DNA from: Candidatus Thorarchaeota archaeon | GTDB lineage: Archaea; Asgardarchaeota; Thorarchaeia; Thorarchaeales; Thorarchaeaceae | Direction of reading: 5' to 3' | Assembly (NCBI GenBank): GCA_029858305.1 | Contig: JAOUFI010000004.1 | Span: forward strand, 23,862-87,861 | Length of the DNA: 64,000 bases | Part shown: one piece after another, positions 48,049 through 57,900 of the stretch | Layout: each line of letters opens with the position of its first letter | How positions within the stretch are numbered: position 1 is the stretch's first letter | Made by a program: the position numbers and the translations under genes | Notes under the pieces: model-generated | Database searches by the model: none | Told to the model about the DNA's origin: nothing | What the model saw: the letters and a program-made list of their open reading frames with translations, nothing else

Positions 48049-49518
48049 ATGGATAATTATAGAATAAAGCATGTTTTCAATAATATTCGTAAGGGGATAT
48101 GTATCCTGACATTGCTAGAGGATAGCGCCAAGCTGCTGTCTGAATTTGGCCTAACATATTACGAGGCAAAAGTCTACATTACTGCTCTTCAGATTGGTGT
48201 TACTACAGCAAGTAAAATAGCTAAACAAGCTGATATACGCCGCGAGGAAGTCTACAGGACAATACCAAAACTCGAGAGAGTAGGTCTTATCGAGCGAATT
48301 CTTGGGAGACCTGTGAAGGTCAAAGCACTTCCTCTCCAAGAAGGACTCAATACGCTTTTTAAAATGAAAGAGGAAGAAGCCAGTCATGAGTTGAAAGAAC
48401 TTATCTCAAAGAAAGAGGAGGTTCTCAAGAAGTTCGACTATGTCGTTCGAGGGCAAAAACCTGAGGAAGAACAGTCTCATTTCGTTTTGATATCGGAAAA
48501 AGACGTTCTATCAAGAAAAATCAATTCAGCCATCGTAGATGCCAAAAAGAGCGTGGATTTTGTAGATTCCTTTGAGAATGCTTTTCGATTCATTTTGTCC
48601 TATGGGGATGTTCTCAAGATAGCAAAGAAAAAGAATGTGGACGTGCGTATCCTGACTGAATGTCCAGAGGAGATCGGATTAATACCTGAGTATTTGAAAA
48701 AACAGATTCCGCACAACTCATTTACTGTTCGTTATTCAGAGAATATTCCTAGCCGCTATATTCTCATTGACAAGAAGCAAGCAATGATTACAACCTCTGC
48801 AGGTGGTTCGTTTAGCGATGGAGCATGTCTCTGGACAAATGATCATAGTCTGATTGGAATTGTAAATAGAGACTTTGAGGAGCAATTTCGTGATGCATTG
48901 GACTGGAGAGACCTCTCTGTCGCGCCAACTCAGAAACTGACACGAATCCTAAATAGGCTGAGACCAAGAGACCATGTTGTCCTCTTCTATGATTCTCTTA
49001 AAACCAAGCACGAAACTCTGTTTGCATATATTGCAGATGGATTAGACCGAGATGAGGCAGCAGCCTATGTATGCTCTGAAGAATCAGTTGCTGAGATTAG
49101 AGATGCTATGTCAAACTACGGGCTTGATGTTAAGATACACGAAGACAGCGGTGCTCTTCAGATATTCAACTATACTGACGTATACATCGTAGATGGAGAA
49201 TTCAATCTTGACCATACGTTGGATTTCTGGAATAGGACGTATACCAAAGCACTCTCCAAGGGCTTCAAAGGAATGCGGGTAACTGGGGAGATGAGTTGTT
49301 TTATCGAATACAATTTAATCCAAGAATTGATCAATTATGAAAGAGCACTTCATACAGTACTTGATATACCTATGACAGCTATCTGTGCCTATAATGCAAA
49401 TATTCTTGCAAGTATTGAGAATCCAATTGACATCTATTCAGAACTGGTCAAAGCTCATGGAAAAGTGCTCTTTGCAGGAGAAGAGAGCATCGGCAAGATT
49501 GAGGTCCGAGCAGGATAA
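48049..49518 (+). CDS. TrmB-family regulator fused to a MEDS sensory domain
   Basis: FGLTYYEAKVY HTH, a TrmB effector-like middle domain, and C-terminal DHVVLFY...GMRVTGEM...YE...ICAYN. Start may be later, near 48106. Confidence 0.85.
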   Translation: MDNYRIKHVFNNIRKGICILTLLEDSAKLLSEFGLTYYEAKVYITALQIGVTTASKIAKQADIRREEVYRTIPKLERVGLIERILGRPVKVKALPLQEGLNTLFKMKEEEASHELKELISKKEEVLKKFDYVVRGQKPEEEQSHFVLISEKDVLSRKINSAIVDAKKSVDFVDSFENAFRFILSYGDVLKIAKKKNVDVRILTECPEEIGLIPEYLKKQIPHNSFTVRYSENIPSRYILIDKKQAMITTSAGGSFSDGACLWTNDHSLIGIVNRDFEEQFRDALDWRDLSVAPTQKLTRILNRLRPRDHVVLFYDSLKTKHETLFAYIADGLDRDEAAAYVCSEESVAEIRDAMSNYGLDVKIHEDSGALQIFNYTDVYIVDGEFNLDHTLDFWNRTYTKALSKGFKGMRVTGEMSCFIEYNLIQELINYERALHTVLDIPMTAICAYNANILASIENPIDIYSELVKAHGKVLFAGEESIGKIEVRAG

Positions 49519-49532
49519 TGACCCATATCTCT

Positions 49533-49784
49533 CTATGCAGGAAGATAGATCCACTGACGCATATCTGACAGACACGGATACCTTCTGATAAGGCGCTTCT
49601 TGAGAAGTTTCCTCAGGGCATACCGAACAGTTCTTGGTGCAAATGTAACATTATCTATGAGTTGCTTAGGTGTAACGCCATTCTTTCCAGTTTCTCTTAA
49701 TACAGACAAAACAATCATCTGACTCTTTGTGAGCCTATGGAAACCTAATTCTATTGCAAGCTCTTTGTCTGAAATCATTTCCAA
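49533..49784 (-). CDS. Small winged-HTH transcription factor
   Basis: LTKSQ.IVL..L, RTVRYALRKL...LI, LSDMRQWIY. TTG start after AGGTGG. Confidence 0.85.
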   Translation of the reverse strand: MEMISDKELAIELGFHRLTKSQMIVLSVLRETGKNGVTPKQLIDNVTFAPRTVRYALRKLLKKRLIRRYPCLSDMRQWIYLPA

Positions 49785-49830
49785 ACCACCTTCTATATTG
49801 ATAATTCAATTGATTATTTATAATATAAAC

Positions 49831-49860
49831 AATTGTTACTGTGAAGGTACAGTAACAATT
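49831..49860. promoter_or_regulatory. Perfect 12-bp inverted repeat, candidate operator
   Basis: AATTGTTACTGT-gaaggt-ACAGTAACAATT, directly upstream of the minus-strand TTTATA box (49824-49829) of the small wHTH gene. Confidence 0.6.
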
Positions 49861-49911
49861 TGTTGTAAGAATTAGTTGATTATAGCTACTCAAAGTATTG
49901 TCAGAAACATC

Positions 49912-50742
49912 CTATTTCTTGCGTTTAAGCCCAAGAATCACCCTTGCATCCTCAGGAGTTGCCACGTCACGACCTAGAGTTTCAGCCATGTGTTTGACTC
50001 TTGCAACAAAGTCTTCATTCGGGGCAAGCTGGCCTTTCGAGTAGTAGATATTATCTTCGAGTCCGACCCGAACATGCCCACCAATACCAATCGAGAGATT
50101 TGTCATGTTGAGCTGAGATCTTCCAACTCCTGCTACAGTGTATACAGAATTCTCCGGCAATTGTCTAGTCATGTGCAAGAGATTATCGATTGTTCCAGGA
50201 ATACCACCATCAACACCCATAACTAACTGGAAGAGCGGAGGCTTTTCGACAAGCTCCTGCCGAAGTAGTTTGATTCCTTGATGAATAAAACCGATATCAA
50301 ATGCTTCTAGTTCTGGCTTAATCTTGAGCTGATGCATTTTTTCAGCTAAGAATGTCACAGTCTCCCAACTATTGAGATAGACGATAGAAGGCTTTCTCCC
50401 AGCAAAATTTAACGAACCGGTAGTGAGGCTTGCCATCTCGGGTTTTACGACAAGGGGTTGAGCACGTTCCTCGTCTGATTTTCCTGCCACGCCACTTGTT
50501 GAAACCATCACAAGGAGCTTTGTCCGTTTTCGAATTTTGTCCACGGTCTCCTTGAATAAATGAGAATCTGAGGTGGGTCGTTCATTCTCATCCCTGCAGT
50601 GAACATGAATGACAGAAGCCCCTTCCTGTTCACAGAGATAAGCTGTTTCTGCAATCTCATCAGGAGTAGTAGGCAAGTATGGTGTATCTTTCTTTGCAGG
50701 AACAGATCCTGTAGGTGCAACTGTTATAATTAGTTTCTCCAT
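49912..50742 (-). CDS. Beta-keto acid cleavage enzyme (3-keto-5-aminohexanoate cleavage/DUF849 family)
   Basis: IITVAPTG, IHVHCR, PEMASL, KPELE.FD.G, GGHVRVGLEDN, ATP.DAR. Confidence 0.92.
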   Translation of the reverse strand: MEKLIITVAPTGSVPAKKDTPYLPTTPDEIAETAYLCEQEGASVIHVHCRDENERPTSDSHLFKETVDKIRKRTKLLVMVSTSGVAGKSDEERAQPLVVKPEMASLTTGSLNFAGRKPSIVYLNSWETVTFLAEKMHQLKIKPELEAFDIGFIHQGIKLLRQELVEKPPLFQLVMGVDGGIPGTIDNLLHMTRQLPENSVYTVAGVGRSQLNMTNLSIGIGGHVRVGLEDNIYYSKGQLAPNEDFVARVKHMAETLGRDVATPEDARVILGLKRKK

Positions 50743-50912
50743 TGTCGAAACGCCTCAGATACAATACCGGATGAAGCATGATATGAAGGCGCTTGTATCT
50801 TAACTTTCTGATTCTGTGCAGTTGTAAGATGACTAAACACTATCTCTATCATGCTAGTATCTTTATTTGGGAGTAGCGTCCGTGCTATTTCTGAAAGAGA
50901 GAAGGTGGTAAA

Positions 50913-52202
50913 ATGCTCTTAACTGCAGCTGGAAAGAAGACAAAGCGCTCTGCAACACTGGTCATGAATGAAACAGTAAAGCAACTTCGTAAGAGTGGCA
51001 AGGAAGTCTTTCATTTGGGCTTTGGCGAATCGCCATTCCCGATACATCCTATAATCCAAAAAGCTCTGTGCGACAATGCACACCAAAGGAATTATCTTCC
51101 TACTCAGGGCATCTTACCTCTTCGTGAACAAATATGTAGATTCTATGAAAACATGTATGGTTTTGATGTCACACCAAATCAAATCGTTGTTGGACCTGGA
51201 AGCAAAGTTCTTCTCTACAATGCAATGATGGCTCTTCAGGGTCCACTTTTCGTTCCTACCCCATCATGGGTCAGTTATGATGAACAGGCTCGGCTCTTGG
51301 GCAAGGAGATCTGCTATGTCAGAACTAGTCACGAAACCTCGTACTTGATGACATCTGAAATATTCGAAAATGCATTGAAGGAACATTGGACGCACACTGC
51401 TGATCAGAAAATACTGGTGATTAATACCCCGAATAATCCGACAGGTCAGAGTTACTCAAAGGCACAGTTGAAAGAATTGGCTAATGTGGCAAAAGAGAAC
51501 AATGTTATTGTTCTATCGGATGAAATCTATGCATTATTGACATACCGAGAATATGAGCATCATAGTATTGCGGAATACTATCCAGAGGGTACGTTGATTA
51601 CAGGAGGTCTCTCAAAAGACCGTTCAGCAGGAGGGTTCAGAGTTGGCACCATCATACTTCCTGCGGAGGAATCAGAGCTTTTGGAGTCTATACTGACTAT
51701 TGCAAGCAATACATGGTCTTGTGTAGCAGCACCCATACAATACGCCGCAATTGAGGCCTATAGACCAAATCAGGAAATCTTAGATTATATTAGAGACTGC
51801 ACTGCAATCTCTGAAATCATAACAAAATACACCCATCAACGCTTACGGAGTTGTGACATCAGATGTCCAGCTCCAATGGGAGCATTCTATCTATTTCCTG
51901 ACTGGAATAGTGAACGTGAGCAAATGGCAGCCAAGGGGATAAAAACATCAATGGATATATCAGAAGTGCTTCTGCGCGATTGGAGCGTTGCCACATTGCC
52001 CGGATCTGATTTCGGGATGGTTCCTGAGGAACTCTGCATTCGACTAGCTACCGTTGACTATAATGGAGAAATAGCTCTTAGAAAGTATAGAGAGAATCCA
52101 CAAAAAGCAATGGATGATCCAGACTCGTTTGTCAAGTGCGTGGCGCCTCGCCTCATCACTGCAGCTGAGATTCTAGAGAAGTTCACTGAATCAATTAGGT
52201 GA
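50913..52202 (+). CDS. PLP-dependent aminotransferase class I/II
   Basis: GFGESPF, NTPNNPTG, SDEIY, GLSKDRSAGGFRVG, GAFYLF. Confidence 0.92.
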   Translation: MLLTAAGKKTKRSATLVMNETVKQLRKSGKEVFHLGFGESPFPIHPIIQKALCDNAHQRNYLPTQGILPLREQICRFYENMYGFDVTPNQIVVGPGSKVLLYNAMMALQGPLFVPTPSWVSYDEQARLLGKEICYVRTSHETSYLMTSEIFENALKEHWTHTADQKILVINTPNNPTGQSYSKAQLKELANVAKENNVIVLSDEIYALLTYREYEHHSIAEYYPEGTLITGGLSKDRSAGGFRVGTIILPAEESELLESILTIASNTWSCVAAPIQYAAIEAYRPNQEILDYIRDCTAISEIITKYTHQRLRSCDIRCPAPMGAFYLFPDWNSEREQMAAKGIKTSMDISEVLLRDWSVATLPGSDFGMVPEELCIRLATVDYNGEIALRKYRENPQKAMDDPDSFVKCVAPRLITAAEILEKFTESIR

Positions 52203-52236
52203 GTAGAAAATAGCAGCAGGTTCTCAAATTAGGAAA

Positions 52237-52788
52237 CTATCGCTTGTTCTTCAACCAAGCTAATGCATTTGTAGCCTCCTCCTCGTCTTGGAAGAAACCT
52301 AGGTGACGGTAGACTTCGACGGCGAACTCAGCAAATGCTTGCCCTCGGGCAGTTATTATATTACCCTCTACGACAACATCTTCATCCGTAATCATACTTC
52401 CTTCAAATACTCGCTCGGCTTCTTCAGAGGCATAGCCATGCGCGATTCGCAAGCCCTTTAGGAGTCCAGCATGAGCCAAGAAACCAGGTCCACCGCAGAT
52501 AGCTGCAATTGGTTTACCATTTTGTTGGATTCTCTTCAGTAGTTTGTGGAGTTCGATACGGTCTTTATAGGGTTCAGGTTCGCCACCTGGAATGATGAGA
52601 AGGTCAACGTCATTAGGATCAACGTCATCTATTGACTTGTCTGCAACTACTTTCAATTGCCCCTCGCTTTGCAGAACACCCCTTTCAAAGGAGAATGTGA
52701 TGATCTCAGTCTTCTCCCTAAGAAATAGGAGGAGAGGTGTAATCTCGAAGTCAGCAAATCTATTATATAGAAAAACGTATGTTCGCAT
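52237..52788 (-). CDS. DJ-1/PfpI family protein
   Basis: FADFE, LIIPGG, AAICGGP, GNIITA. Confidence 0.9.
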   Translation of the reverse strand: MRTYVFLYNRFADFEITPLLLFLREKTEIITFSFERGVLQSEGQLKVVADKSIDDVDPNDVDLLIIPGGEPEPYKDRIELHKLLKRIQQNGKPIAAICGGPGFLAHAGLLKGLRIAHGYASEEAERVFEGSMITDEDVVVEGNIITARGQAFAEFAVEVYRHLGFFQDEEEATNALAWLKNKR

Positions 52789-52990
52789 CTGTTATCTTGA
52801 CCAGACGAATCAAATGTGTAAATAAGAAGAACCTTGAGAGCAACATTGAATCAAGATTTTCAATCATACTCATTTAGTATAGATAGTTCCTATGAAAGAA
52901 AAGGTAGAATTCACCACCCAGCTTTCATTTCGTGTCCTTATAGAAGAGCTTAATTCAGTGATTTAGAACAAATTTTAGAGGTTTATATCA

Positions 52991-53650
52991 ATGAAAGTCG
53001 AGCAGTCAATTTGTTGTAATGATTTAATGAAATTGGATGTTCTTGATTCATCAGGTCGAAAAATAGGCAAAATAGGTGATCTTACCTTCAAGTTTGATGG
53101 AGAATTAAAACTCTCAAAGTTCATACTTGCTGGTCCAAAATGGGAAGAACTACTCGAGTCCCTAAGTATCAGAAAGGATAGAGATCCTGTTTTTGATGGC
53201 TCCAAAATAAAGAGGATTGGAGAATCTGTACATCTTGACACCTCTGTCAATCAGCTCAAGACAACATTAGATAAGGACGCAATTCCGAAAGGGGACATTA
53301 GATACTCGGTTCTTGAAAGGATGGAAATCATCGATAATCACGGAAAGAAAGTGGGATATGCCATCGATATTGATTTTGATGTTTCAGGAGCTGTGTCAAT
53401 GATTGTCGGTGGAAGTTTCATCGAAGAGAAGCTTGAGGCGTTTGGACTGAAAGCAGATGTAGATATTATTGTACCTGGAAACGTCATCTCTTCCATTACG
53501 GATAAGATTCATCTCAGAGTTACCAAGGGCGAACTTGAAACAACTATGGTTGAAGCCATCAAACCAGAAAGTGTCAAAAAGACCCAAGAAAAAAGACAAG
53601 TGTCACAGCAAGTGACCAAGGTAAGACTATTTACACAGCGGCCAATGTAA
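52991..53650 (+). CDS. Tandem PRC-barrel domain protein
   Basis: Two repeats: VLDSSGRKIGKIGDL and IIDNHGKKVGYAIDI. Confidence 0.8.
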   Translation: MKVEQSICCNDLMKLDVLDSSGRKIGKIGDLTFKFDGELKLSKFILAGPKWEELLESLSIRKDRDPVFDGSKIKRIGESVHLDTSVNQLKTTLDKDAIPKGDIRYSVLERMEIIDNHGKKVGYAIDIDFDVSGAVSMIVGGSFIEEKLEAFGLKADVDIIVPGNVISSITDKIHLRVTKGELETTMVEAIKPESVKKTQEKRQVSQQVTKVRLFTQRPM

Positions 53651-53676
53651 TTGTAAACACTGATAGGTTTAGAGAT

Positions 53677-53747
53677 AGTTTCCCTATCCAATCACTGTTC
53701 AGATGTAGAAAGATATCTGATAGTCACTAATCTATGATAGGGAAACT
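53677..53747. terminator. Long hairpin between convergent genes
   Basis: AGTTTCCCTATC (53677-53688) and GATAGGGAAACT (53736-53747) form a perfect 12-bp stem around an inner TCAGAT/ATCTGA stem. Confidence 0.5.
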
Positions 53748-53771
53748 TCTTCATATCGTTCTGAGGTTTAG

Positions 53772-54794
53772 CTATTCCTCTTCCTCGGATTCAAGTTTTT
53801 CTCCTGAATTATGCTCTTCGAAGGATGGAGCAGTCACCTTTTCTGAGTCCCTTAATTCTTGGAACTGTGCTGGTACAATTGTTGGCAGTTCCTTTCTCGT
53901 AAGGTTCTTTCCATCCCTGATGAATGCAATGAAGACAATAATGTAAGCTATTGCACAAAATATGATTAGACCGATTGATACATTGCCCCAAGAGGTGTAG
54001 CTTGTTATTGCGAAGGTTCCAATCGTATTGAAAGTAGCATGGAAAAGTGCAGGGATTAGAACACTGTCAGTATTATTGAAGATCCAAGTGTAAATGAATG
54101 CAAGGGCGATGTAAAATGCTAAGAAGAACCATATATCAGAGCCAAATGCGCCACTCCAAGTAAAGGCGAGATATAACGGAAGATGCCATATCCAACCCAT
54201 TAGAGCCTTTATCAGAGTTGCAGGAATCACAGGCATCTGCTGTTGCAATCTCAGTTGAGCAAAGCCTGTCCAACCTACTTCTTCTTGGCCTCCCGATGGG
54301 ACAAGTTCCCCAAAAAATACCATCAGGATTGCTAGAACTGAAACTCTCTCAAAGTCTGAAACAAATGTACCTCCAAGAAACCAGACATTCAGATAGAAGG
54401 TTCCGTACTTGATGAGAGTTGGCACGCCAAAAGCAATAATGTACCATGGAAGTGCTACTCGCCAGTTAAAGACCTTCTTCAGTAGTCCTCTTGTACCAGC
54501 TTTTCCATAATTCACTCTATAAACAATGAAAGCCGAGAGGAGGGGGCCCCATACTGCTCCGATGGCAAGAAAGGGATAGAATATCATGAAGTAATATCCC
54601 TCGGCGACTAACTCGACGAAGTTCCGTTCCTGCCCAAAAGAAGCGAATACGAAGTCCATTACCAGCCATCCTCCCCAAGTAATCAGGAAGGCGATAATGT
54701 AGAATATCAGGATGTCAAACTTCTTGAATAGGATTCTCATCTGTGATGGCGTTTCGGAGGTCATGTGTAACATGTTGTCACGACGATTAGGCAT
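53772..54794 (-). CDS. CPBP/Abi (Rce1-like) intramembrane glutamic protease
   Basis: EEVGWTGF, WIWHLP, FHATFN and multiple TM helices. The usual Arg of EExxxR appears as Thr. Confidence 0.88.
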   Translation of the reverse strand: MPNRRDNMLHMTSETPSQMRILFKKFDILIFYIIAFLITWGGWLVMDFVFASFGQERNFVELVAEGYYFMIFYPFLAIGAVWGPLLSAFIVYRVNYGKAGTRGLLKKVFNWRVALPWYIIAFGVPTLIKYGTFYLNVWFLGGTFVSDFERVSVLAILMVFFGELVPSGGQEEVGWTGFAQLRLQQQMPVIPATLIKALMGWIWHLPLYLAFTWSGAFGSDIWFFLAFYIALAFIYTWIFNNTDSVLIPALFHATFNTIGTFAITSYTSWGNVSIGLIIFCAIAYIIVFIAFIRDGKNLTRKELPTIVPAQFQELRDSEKVTAPSFEEHNSGEKLESEEEE

Positions 54795-54851
54795 ATTAAC
54801 CTTCGGAGGAATGCAACAATAAACACCCAGCTATTACAAAGCCATGAGTAA

Positions 54852-56123
54852 TCATTGTGGGCCAATTTGGTAACTTTTCATTTTAAGAAATAATTTCTCA
54901 ACAGCACGTTTGCCACATATTGTTGATAGATGTTCACTCAATTCTTGAATGAATACCTCTAATGCGTTGGCTAGTTCATCCAAATCATCAGTTGTCATGT
55001 TCGCGTCGAATATAGAATGAACACGCATCTTGGCTGTCAACATAATTCTATATATACGTGGATGGCGGTTGCCCCACATCTTTCGAATTGTTTCAAAAAT
55101 CTCTCTCATTTTCTTTGTACCGATAATCGAGGCCCCTTCAGAAACAAGAAATGAGAGAATTGATTCACTGAGTAGGATTCGATGTTGCTCTAATGAGATT
55201 CTTTGTAGAAAACCTCTGTTGATCAGAATGCCCAATTCATCCAAAAGAACCTCTAGGTCTTGACTGTCTACATATTCTGTTAATTGAGATAGAGAGGTGC
55301 GGCCATCAAAACGCGCTGTCACATTAAGAGTCACATTTGACAATCTCAACGGATTATCTTTTTGGAATAAGATGGTAGATGACCTCTCAGAAAGCGTAAG
55401 AATTTCATCATCAGGAGGGATATATTTCAGAAACGCAGCCTTGTTCCAGTATGCTTTAGAAACAAGGTCGATTGCGTGTTCTAAACTAAGATCTTGGAAT
55501 CCTGCTATTTCCTTGATCGTTTGCTTTTCTTCAAATCCTAGCAGAATCTTTGACACTGCAAAAGCTGTACTTGGGAGATCAAAAGCGAAGAGTGAGCGTC
55601 TCCACTCAGGATTTTTTATTACCAAAGTCCTACCGGTTATTTGATCATTCACGAAAATCCTTCTAACATATTCATCAAAATCGTGTAAGGCACTTCCTTC
55701 AATACCATCCGAGTCCTTTAGGACTGTAAAATAATCTTCAAACTCATGAACAACTCTCCTTAGTCTACGACGACCATCAGCGGTTTCTCTTGATACTACA
55801 AGAACTCCGATAGCCCATGCTCCATGCTCTACTAGAAGCATTAATTCTGAGCCATACTCTGTCTTCCATTGCGTTTGTAGCTCACCCATCATAACAGCCA
55901 TAAAACTCGTCATGGCTGAAATGAAACCCGATATTATTTGGGGATCCAAATTACTTTTGCTGAATTCATGAGAGTATGGAGCTAAACCACTGTTCTTGTT
56001 CAAAATCATTACTAGTTTCTCATTAGCAACATTAGGATCACAAGAGATGTCTACGCTCAGTTCGTTGAGAGAATCTTTCGAAATTCTCGATAGATTCTCA
56101 ATGAGGTCATCAGCCAATCTCAT
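54852..56123 (-). CDS. Longin-like domain protein with C-terminal winged helices (NPRL2-like architecture)
   Basis: LVMIL...SGLAPYSHEF....LDPQIISGFISAMTSF longin-type N-terminus. Two wHTH-like units (ILLGFEEKQTIKEIA and FDGRTSLSQL..LINRGFL). Confidence 0.7.
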   Translation of the reverse strand: MRLADDLIENLSRISKDSLNELSVDISCDPNVANEKLVMILNKNSGLAPYSHEFSKSNLDPQIISGFISAMTSFMAVMMGELQTQWKTEYGSELMLLVEHGAWAIGVLVVSRETADGRRRLRRVVHEFEDYFTVLKDSDGIEGSALHDFDEYVRRIFVNDQITGRTLVIKNPEWRRSLFAFDLPSTAFAVSKILLGFEEKQTIKEIAGFQDLSLEHAIDLVSKAYWNKAAFLKYIPPDDEILTLSERSSTILFQKDNPLRLSNVTLNVTARFDGRTSLSQLTEYVDSQDLEVLLDELGILINRGFLQRISLEQHRILLSESILSFLVSEGASIIGTKKMREIFETIRKMWGNRHPRIYRIMLTAKMRVHSIFDANMTTDDLDELANALEVFIQELSEHLSTICGKRAVEKLFLKMKSYQIGPQ

Positions 56124-57078
56124 CCCTTCCCTTTACTTGTTGTGCAGCAGTTTTTTTGTACCCTAGGAGTTTGTAACTCTCTTTGAAACCACACTTTTCG
56201 TAAAGAGAAATTGCAGTTCTATTGGAACTTAGCACCACGAGTTCGGAGGATACATGTTGCTTTATGTATGCGCGCTTGAGAATTTCAGACACTATTGCGC
56301 AGCCATATCCTCTCCTTTGAAATTGCGGCAAGACCCCCATCCCCTTAATCTGGAGGATTTTTTCTTTGTTCATTGATTCAATCGAAAATCCCAAACAGCA
56401 TCCTATGGGCTCAGAGAAGTATGTACCAATGACCAACAGACTCGAATCAAAAATACGGTGCTTAATGATGGAGTCAAGAATTTCTGCATTAACAGCCTCA
56501 TAGCCAGGAGACTCTTTGAATATCGTATTCTGAAGCTGTGCCCATGTTGTTAATTCCTCCTTGACATTGAGTGCTCGTACTGTCAATCCTATTGGGTGGG
56601 GGAATACTGGTGCTGGATTCCTTAGCTCAATCTGCATCTTCACCCATGTATAATCGAGCTTGAAGCCATGTTTTTCTACAAAGGAGGCAGCATATGAACG
56701 AAAGCTTGGAACTCTGCAAACAAATTCAGATGCACCTCGCTTCAGTCCGATCTGTACTAGATGATTCAATACCTCGGAGCCAATACCTTGACATCTGTAA
56801 TGGGGATGGACTTGAATCATCAATCTTGAAGTAAGTGAGGAGTTATCTTCAGTAAAAATCGTCCCTGATGCTATCAAATCTCCCGCATTATTCCGAACTA
56901 GTACGAAGTCCTCAGACAAATCAGCATTGGAAAATGAGAAAGAGGATTGGAAGTACCCTGTAGGGAGTTCACTATGCTCAGGATTGTCAAAAGAATCTAC
57001 AGCATTTTGTAGCTTTGCGTAATCTTTCAATAATGCCTCATCCCCAGACATGGGCGTAATAGTTTCAACCTTACACAT
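56110..57078 (-). CDS. Tandem GNAT acetyltransferase (MshD-like layout)
   Basis: VHPHYRCQGIG and GVLPQFQRRGYG..N.TAISLYEKCGF. ATG 57078 lies 4 nt after the upstream stop; the ORF track starts at 57129. Confidence 0.85.
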   Translation of the reverse strand: MCKVETITPMSGDEALLKDYAKLQNAVDSFDNPEHSELPTGYFQSSFSFSNADLSEDFVLVRNNAGDLIASGTIFTEDNSSLTSRLMIQVHPHYRCQGIGSEVLNHLVQIGLKRGASEFVCRVPSFRSYAASFVEKHGFKLDYTWVKMQIELRNPAPVFPHPIGLTVRALNVKEELTTWAQLQNTIFKESPGYEAVNAEILDSIIKHRIFDSSLLVIGTYFSEPIGCCLGFSIESMNKEKILQIKGMGVLPQFQRRGYGCAIVSEILKRAYIKQHVSSELVVLSSNRTAISLYEKCGFKESYKLLGYKKTAAQQVKGRDEIG

Positions 57079-57082
57079 TGAT

Positions 57083-57817
57083 TCAGCCCACCGTCTGTAC
57101 TCCTTCAACGGAACGATTAGAATAGGCATCCCATACTCGTCGCTTTCTAAGTTGCTTGTGATGAAGTATGACAGAGCCTAATTCTGTTATCTGAACTTTC
57201 TTTATTCTGGCAACACGGTCTCTTTCCACAAAACCTGCGAGCTCTAAATCACGAATGTGCCGCGATATACCAGATTGTCTGATTCCTGTATTTCGTGAAA
57301 TCTCTTTCTGAGCAACTGGAAAGCCAGAATTCTCAAGATAGTCAAGAATCTCTCGCTTCTTAAGCGTAAGATTGACCAACTCAGATGGCCACACTTCAGA
57401 TATATGCAGTGTTTCCATCTCAGTTGCACACAGAATCGAGGCTTTTGCTATTGCCGCGGCGACACAGGCTGCCAGAATGATGGTGCTATGCTCAGATGTT
57501 ATGCTAAACTCAATTTGATAATCATCGAGTTTACGGTGGTTTAAAGCAGACAAAATTGATGAAAGGGTGTTATAGAAATCATGGGACAAAACGCATACTG
57601 ATTCAACGGTGATTCCAAAGCTCGAGAAATATTCAATTGCTTTACCAGCAAGCTCAGTTTTTTCCTGAGGATAGACAATAATCAGCTCATCAATACTTCG
57701 CCGGATTGCCAACTGTTCTAGGGTTTTTTGTGTTCCAAGAAATGCTACATGGATTTTTTGCTTCGTCAAATCTCTCAAACTCCAGGTGTACATAGTTATC
57801 TCATTGTTCTCCGTCAT
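57083..57817 (-). CDS. CARF/Csa3-like Rossmann domain plus wHTH transcriptional regulator
   Basis: IHVAFLG...DELIIVY...DFYNTL...IEFSIT N-terminal domain, then LTLKKREIL..EIS...QSGISRHIRDLE.AGFV...ITELG. Confidence 0.72.
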   Translation of the reverse strand: MTENNEITMYTWSLRDLTKQKIHVAFLGTQKTLEQLAIRRSIDELIIVYPQEKTELAGKAIEYFSSFGITVESVCVLSHDFYNTLSSILSALNHRKLDDYQIEFSITSEHSTIILAACVAAAIAKASILCATEMETLHISEVWPSELVNLTLKKREILDYLENSGFPVAQKEISRNTGIRQSGISRHIRDLELAGFVERDRVARIKKVQITELGSVILHHKQLRKRRVWDAYSNRSVEGVQTVG

Positions 57818-57900
57818 ACAAGATCGTTTTCACTTTCTTTGATCTGACGGATGCCAAAGAGTACCAAGGCATCTAATATGGAGTTTTGATTTCTCCACAT
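57814..57900 (-). CDS. Putative 28-aa leader peptide
   Basis: MWRNQNSILDALVLFGIRQIKESENDLV. Its stop overlaps the next start (ATGA) and a purine-rich stretch lies upstream. Confidence 0.35.
   Translation of the reverse strand: MWRNQNSILDALVLFGIRQIKESENDLV

Noticed and set aside
53677-53747. SECIS-like element (GTGA...TGAT on the minus strand)
   Set aside because: No apical adenosines, imperfect core geometry, and neither flanking gene has an in-frame TGA.
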